A stretch of 41,079 nucleotides of DNA from a virus (Duplodnaviria; Caudoviricetes), in the IMG/VR virus record IMGVR_UViG_3300044533_000426, positions 1-41,079 of that record. One strand, 5' to 3'. The position numbers and the translations under genes are program-made. Within the stretch, counting starts at the first letter, position 1. The number at the start of each line of letters is the position of its first letter. This document shows positions 37,295 to 41,079 of the stretch, piece after piece. The notes under the pieces are model-generated. The model ran no database searches. It saw only the letters and a list, made by a program, of their open reading frames with translations, and had not been told where the DNA came from.

Positions 37295-38311
37295 TTATCC
37301 ACCCCATTGGTTTCCTCTTTGTTTTTGTAATGCCACCGGAAGATTAAGTGTACCCACTTCCGATTTTAAAATAAGATTTCCGTTATACTCCGTATCTCCA
37401 GTAAATCCAAATCCGGCGTTTGGTTTATACCCATCAACCTTTTTATCGATTGTAGATACTTTAACACCTTTATTTTCACCAGGCTTTAAAGTAAGTGGTG
37501 GTATTGGGTTGAATATACCGGCGATTGCACCATCCTGTGAAAACGTAATAGTGACTGGCTTTTTTGTAAAATTTGCAATCCTTAATTCAGGACCATTAAC
37601 CCAAGTTCCCCTACCATCATCTTTTGCTCTACCTCTAAATGTTAAATCAGGATATTGTTTATCTGAGATGTTTGCCACTTTAGCAGCAAAATCATCAGAT
37701 ACCTTAAATCCTTCTTGTAGTTTAGCAGCTTTACCAAATAATTCTTCTCTCAATTGGTCTACCTGCTTTTCCAATGTTTGATTTCTTGCAAATAAAGAAA
37801 CTCTTTGAATTGATTCTGCGGTTGCTTTTTGTATTGAATTTTGAAGTTCTATAATCGTACCAGTAACTTTAGAATTAGCTTGCTGTGTTTGGTTTTCAGC
37901 CGTTGCAACAACTAAATCCTTTCCATCAATTTGAACTATTAAACTTTGTGTAACTATTTCCAATTCAGTTACTTTAGCTCTTAAATCTAATATATCCGCA
38001 TTCAATTGTGTTATTATAATATCTCTATTTGCAATCTCAACTAATGCTGCATCATAGATTGTTTTTAAAACCATCTCAGGTAAAACCGGAGCTTGCACTG
38101 GAATTAATTCTATAATTGTAGTATCTATCGACTTTAATAGTTCTGATTCTTTGTATTTTGGTCTTGATAATTTTCCAGAAACAATACCATCTTCAGCTAC
38201 AGAACCACTAAACACATGGACACCAAACGAGTTTTTAGTGGTAAGTGCTAATGAACCACTAACTAAAATCTGTCCAACTTTCTTTTCGTTTTTTAATCCC
38301 GTTTTTAACAT
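37295..38311 (-). CDS. Hypothetical structural protein: central coiled coil and C-terminal beta (Ig-like) domain
   Basis: Heptad-rich centre and beta-rich C-terminus; operonic with baseplate genes. Confidence 0.68.
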   Translation of the reverse strand: MLKTGLKNEKKVGQILVSGSLALTTKNSFGVHVFSGSVAEDGIVSGKLSRPKYKESELLKSIDTTIIELIPVQAPVLPEMVLKTIYDAALVEIANRDIIITQLNADILDLRAKVTELEIVTQSLIVQIDGKDLVVATAENQTQQANSKVTGTIIELQNSIQKATAESIQRVSLFARNQTLEKQVDQLREELFGKAAKLQEGFKVSDDFAAKVANISDKQYPDLTFRGRAKDDGRGTWVNGPELRIANFTKKPVTITFSQDGAIAGIFNPIPPLTLKPGENKGVKVSTIDKKVDGYKPNAGFGFTGDTEYNGNLILKSEVGTLNLPVALQKQRGNQWGG

Positions 38312-38313
38312 TT

Positions 38314-39384
38314 TTAATCTTTTACAACATTGAAAGTTAATTCATTATCAAAATATTGAACATCACCATCGTTATCAATTTTAAATTCAATCTTATAAAC
38401 TCTCCCAGCTTCCCAATTTGAAAGATTTAGTTTTATATAATTTCCATTGGAATCACAATTTAATTTTGAGTAATTACTAAATGGTATTATAATATCATCG
38501 GAAGCAAAATCTTTAATTTGGTAGTATGATGTTTGTGGTAAATATTTTATATCAGTATATGCAAATGTATTTGTAAAAGTTTTTAAAGGATATAATTCTC
38601 TAGCAAATATTCTCATAGTTGGAGTTGTTTCTGCTTTATATTCTTTTTTCAAATTAGTAATTCCTATTTTAATATCAGATGCTACTAATTGAGTTAATGA
38701 ACCCGTTATGAAAGATTGGTCATTCCAACCAATTCTAATTTTTGGTTGATATATTGTATTTGTTTCTTTACTAAATAGTTTTAGTACACCATAATCTTCG
38801 GTATCGTTTTCTAAACTATCACTAAATTTAATTATTAATCCATCATTTGGAATAGAACCACTCATCCAACCTCTTAACATTGGTTTTAAATCCATTGTAA
38901 TATCTGCCGATTGGTATTCAAATGATTGAGTTGAACCACTTGCTAAATACCAAGTTCCACCAGTACCATTATTTGGATTAGAATCACTACCAGATGCCAA
39001 AGTATTTTGCAACCAATCTAATTTAGTATCACCTTCTCTATAATTCCAAGTTACACCTTGAGTTGATACGTTATCGAATCTAGTACCATTACCCATTTGC
39101 CAACTTTGTGAGATTGGATATGCATATAATGTGAAATCCAATGGAACTTCCTCACTTTTAGTTTCTTTTAAAATTAAAGTAGCTTCCTCCATTTTAATAG
39201 CATTATTTACTAAAGATGATGATAAAAACCCAACTTCAAATTTTAAAAGAGTACGTGACACATCTTTAATATTTCCATAGTAAAGTTTACTGATTTCTAA
39301 TATCTCATCCAAGCCAGTATTTTGGTTTGGTTGTTGTAAATAAATTGTTGCATCTTTTGATGCTGTTAGGAAATAGTATGCCAT
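38314..39384 (-). CDS. DNRLRE/CBM96-like domain structural protein
   Basis: ASKDATIY...N.G...SRTLLKF...ATLIL...SW..G...TW...NDGLIIK...FSKE...PKI pattern. TAATG-coupled to the wedge gene. Confidence 0.6.
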   Translation of the reverse strand: MAYYFLTASKDATIYLQQPNQNTGLDEILEISKLYYGNIKDVSRTLLKFEVGFLSSSLVNNAIKMEEATLILKETKSEEVPLDFTLYAYPISQSWQMGNGTRFDNVSTQGVTWNYREGDTKLDWLQNTLASGSDSNPNNGTGGTWYLASGSTQSFEYQSADITMDLKPMLRGWMSGSIPNDGLIIKFSDSLENDTEDYGVLKLFSKETNTIYQPKIRIGWNDQSFITGSLTQLVASDIKIGITNLKKEYKAETTPTMRIFARELYPLKTFTNTFAYTDIKYLPQTSYYQIKDFASDDIIIPFSNYSKLNCDSNGNYIKLNLSNWEAGRVYKIEFKIDNDGDVQYFDNELTFNVVKD

Positions 39385-41079
39385 TATCTTACTCTACCTT
39401 TTATGTCCGAATCCGGATATTTAATTTCGAAAACCGATGGGTCTAATGATGGATATACAATCTTATCTTTAGTTGCCGCATCTATATTATATGAATTTGG
39501 TGAATATCTACCACCACATTTATTTATTAGTTTAACCATAGGAACTGATGATACTCCCTCAACGTTTGCTATTAATAATTCAACTTCACTTAAGTTTATT
39601 GTTTGATTAAATGTCCAATTATCTATACTAAAATACTGCTTAAGTTCATCTATACATTTTGTAAGAACCTCACTTTTATTATAACTACTAAATACAATTA
39701 TTTCAAAATCAATTCCAATATTAATAACAAATCCATCTAATAAATTAATACCATCGGTTAATAATCGGTATTCATTCATATAAGTTTTTAAATTTTCCTT
39801 AACACCTCTATTAATATTTGTTAAATGCCCAATTCCATCATATCCTAACAAATATAAATTAATTGCAAATGGATTATTCTTTTCATTTTCATTTGAAGTT
39901 TTTCCAATTAAAAATCTAGTTATTTCTTCCTTTATTGATTGTTGAGTAGGTTCTTCATCATCCGGTTTAGAAACAAAACTCATAACCAAATCGGTAAACT
40001 CTTGTAAATTATTTGGAGAGGCCAAGATAGATGATGGTGAGTTATTATCTAATGTACCATCGGCTACTGCAAATGCTTTAGCAACTGCCCCAAATTTTGG
40101 CGGCATTGATAATGCTCTAATTTGGTAATCGTTTGATGTTACTGCTCTATTTTGTGAACCAAAATTAGCTAATGCATTTTGTCTTATTTCTTCTAAACTC
40201 TCAGCACCCCTACCACCACTCCCAGGCACTTCGTTATCAATTGCTATTGAGTTTTTTACGGTATTATATATTGCTAATTCAGATGCATTATATGATTCAG
40301 TATCTTCTTCAAATTCTATCGTATCAACTCTTGTCAATTCCCCAACGGGTATATTTGATTCAACACCACCACCAATCATATACTTTACAGTTATAGTTGT
40401 GCTGGATGGGGATGTGCCATACGTTTTAGTTTTCAAAAAATTAGTTGGGTCAAATGATTCTTCCAATCTACTTATAGAATTTGGTAAACCCAATCCAACA
40501 TTTTTAAGATTTGGAATCAATTGCTCATCAGATGCCGATGAATCACCTGCACCAAATTGGATAGATGTTGTATTGTTTTGATTTACTTTTGATACAAATC
40601 GTCTAGCCGTTTTTATTGTTTTTAATACAAATGGTACAGTTGATTTAAACTGATATAAATCAGGATCATTTACCTCCGTATTAGGTGAATCAACAAAAAC
40701 CATTTCTTGTGCTAAATATGGAACTTCATACCATTTATTTCCATTAGAATCTCTACAATCGTAAATTTGAATTACATTAGTTTCAGGTAAATCTATTTTT
40801 TGAAAAGGTGAATATGAATCAAATAGCACTTGTTTTTCTACTAATTCACCAGATAAAGCTTGAACATATTTTTTAACTAAATAAAATAATGGTTCTCCTG
40901 TATTCACATCTCTTTGATATATACTTATTTCCCTATCACTTTCATCAGAAAAATCTACTACATCAGTTGTTCTAAAAATTATACCAGCTTTGGTTGATTT
41001 ACTCAACATACCCTCTTTTATTCTTAAATAATACTTTTCATCCGGTTTATTATTAATACCAATTCCAATAGATGGAACT
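39384..41079 (-). CDS. Baseplate wedge subunit, T4 gp6/Baseplate-J-like, 5'-truncated by the window edge
   Basis: GG...ESLEEIRQNA...QNRAVTSNDY and FG.G motifs. The frame stays open upstream of 41009 to the window end (..VPSIGIGINNKPDEKYYLRIKEGM). Confidence 0.88.
   Translation of the reverse strand, partial: VPSIGIGINNKPDEKYYLRIKEGMLSKSTKAGIIFRTTDVVDFSDESDREISIYQRDVNTGEPLFYLVKKYVQALSGELVEKQVLFDSYSPFQKIDLPETNVIQIYDCRDSNGNKWYEVPYLAQEMVFVDSPNTEVNDPDLYQFKSTVPFVLKTIKTARRFVSKVNQNNTTSIQFGAGDSSASDEQLIPNLKNVGLGLPNSISRLEESFDPTNFLKTKTYGTSPSSTTITVKYMIGGGVESNIPVGELTRVDTIEFEEDTESYNASELAIYNTVKNSIAIDNEVPGSGGRGAESLEEIRQNALANFGSQNRAVTSNDYQIRALSMPPKFGAVAKAFAVADGTLDNNSPSSILASPNNLQEFTDLVMSFVSKPDDEEPTQQSIKEEITRFLIGKTSNENEKNNPFAINLYLLGYDGIGHLTNINRGVKENLKTYMNEYRLLTDGINLLDGFVINIGIDFEIIVFSSYNKSEVLTKCIDELKQYFSIDNWTFNQTINLSEVELLIANVEGVSSVPMVKLINKCGGRYSPNSYNIDAATKDKIVYPSLDPSVFEIKYPDSDIKGRVR

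Noticed and set aside
1622-40581. The many 60-115 aa plus-strand ORFs in the track, and short nested minus-strand ORFs (16678, 30728, 36059)
   Set aside because: They lie within or almost wholly overlap long, motif-bearing genes and have shadow-frame composition with no recognisable motifs.
1-41079. Stop-codon reassignment as seen in some large Bacteroidota phages
   Set aside because: Genes are full length under the standard code. TAG (e.g. 9264, 10409, 22909, 27245, 36036) and TGA (26052) terminate genes at sensible positions.
1-41079. CRISPR array, tRNA, intron/intein or diversity-generating retroelement
   Set aside because: Intergenic gaps are all under 100 nt with no repeat-spacer or cloverleaf pattern. 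TerL, portal and primase are of normal length. I saw no reverse transcriptase or template/variable repeat pair, though a long-range nucleotide repeat could be missed by eye.

Overview
This AT-rich 41 kb window comes from a large T4-like (myovirus-type) dsDNA phage. Almost all genes are on the minus strand. In transcription order (right to left) it holds: baseplate/tail genes (T4 gp6-like wedge, DNRLRE-like protein, a 1746-aa P2-gpI/gp7-like wedge protein, two paralogous tail/baseplate proteins); a short DNA-metabolism island (GIY-YIG protein, primase, fused Mre11/SbcD-Rad50/SbcC); a 2529-aa tail fibre with a C-terminal S74 chaperone; a 2OG-Fe(II) oxygenase; a translationally coupled sugar-modification operon; a 1012-aa HIGH-nucleotidyltransferase/ligase-like multidomain protein; large terminase; gp20-like portal; and head-associated proteins. 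The sugar operon encodes a GT4-methyltransferase-GT25 fusion, an Aah/TibC-type protein O-heptosyltransferase and the two split HldE domains for ADP-heptose synthesis. Two promoters match the Bacteroidota -33/-7 consensus, which suggests a Bacteroidota host. Every other intergenic gap over 30 nt carries a phage motif ATA[T/C]TTAT. The best candidate for a new system is phage-encoded virion heptosylation: donor-synthesis enzymes and the transferase sit next to the tail fibre, and tail/baseplate proteins are enriched in an [S/T]GS tripeptide that could be the acceptor sequon. I also found an unannotated ribbon-helix-helix gene with a candidate operator, and signs of capsid-targeted, protease-processed cargo proteins. 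All functional calls come from motif recognition by eye; no database search was run.
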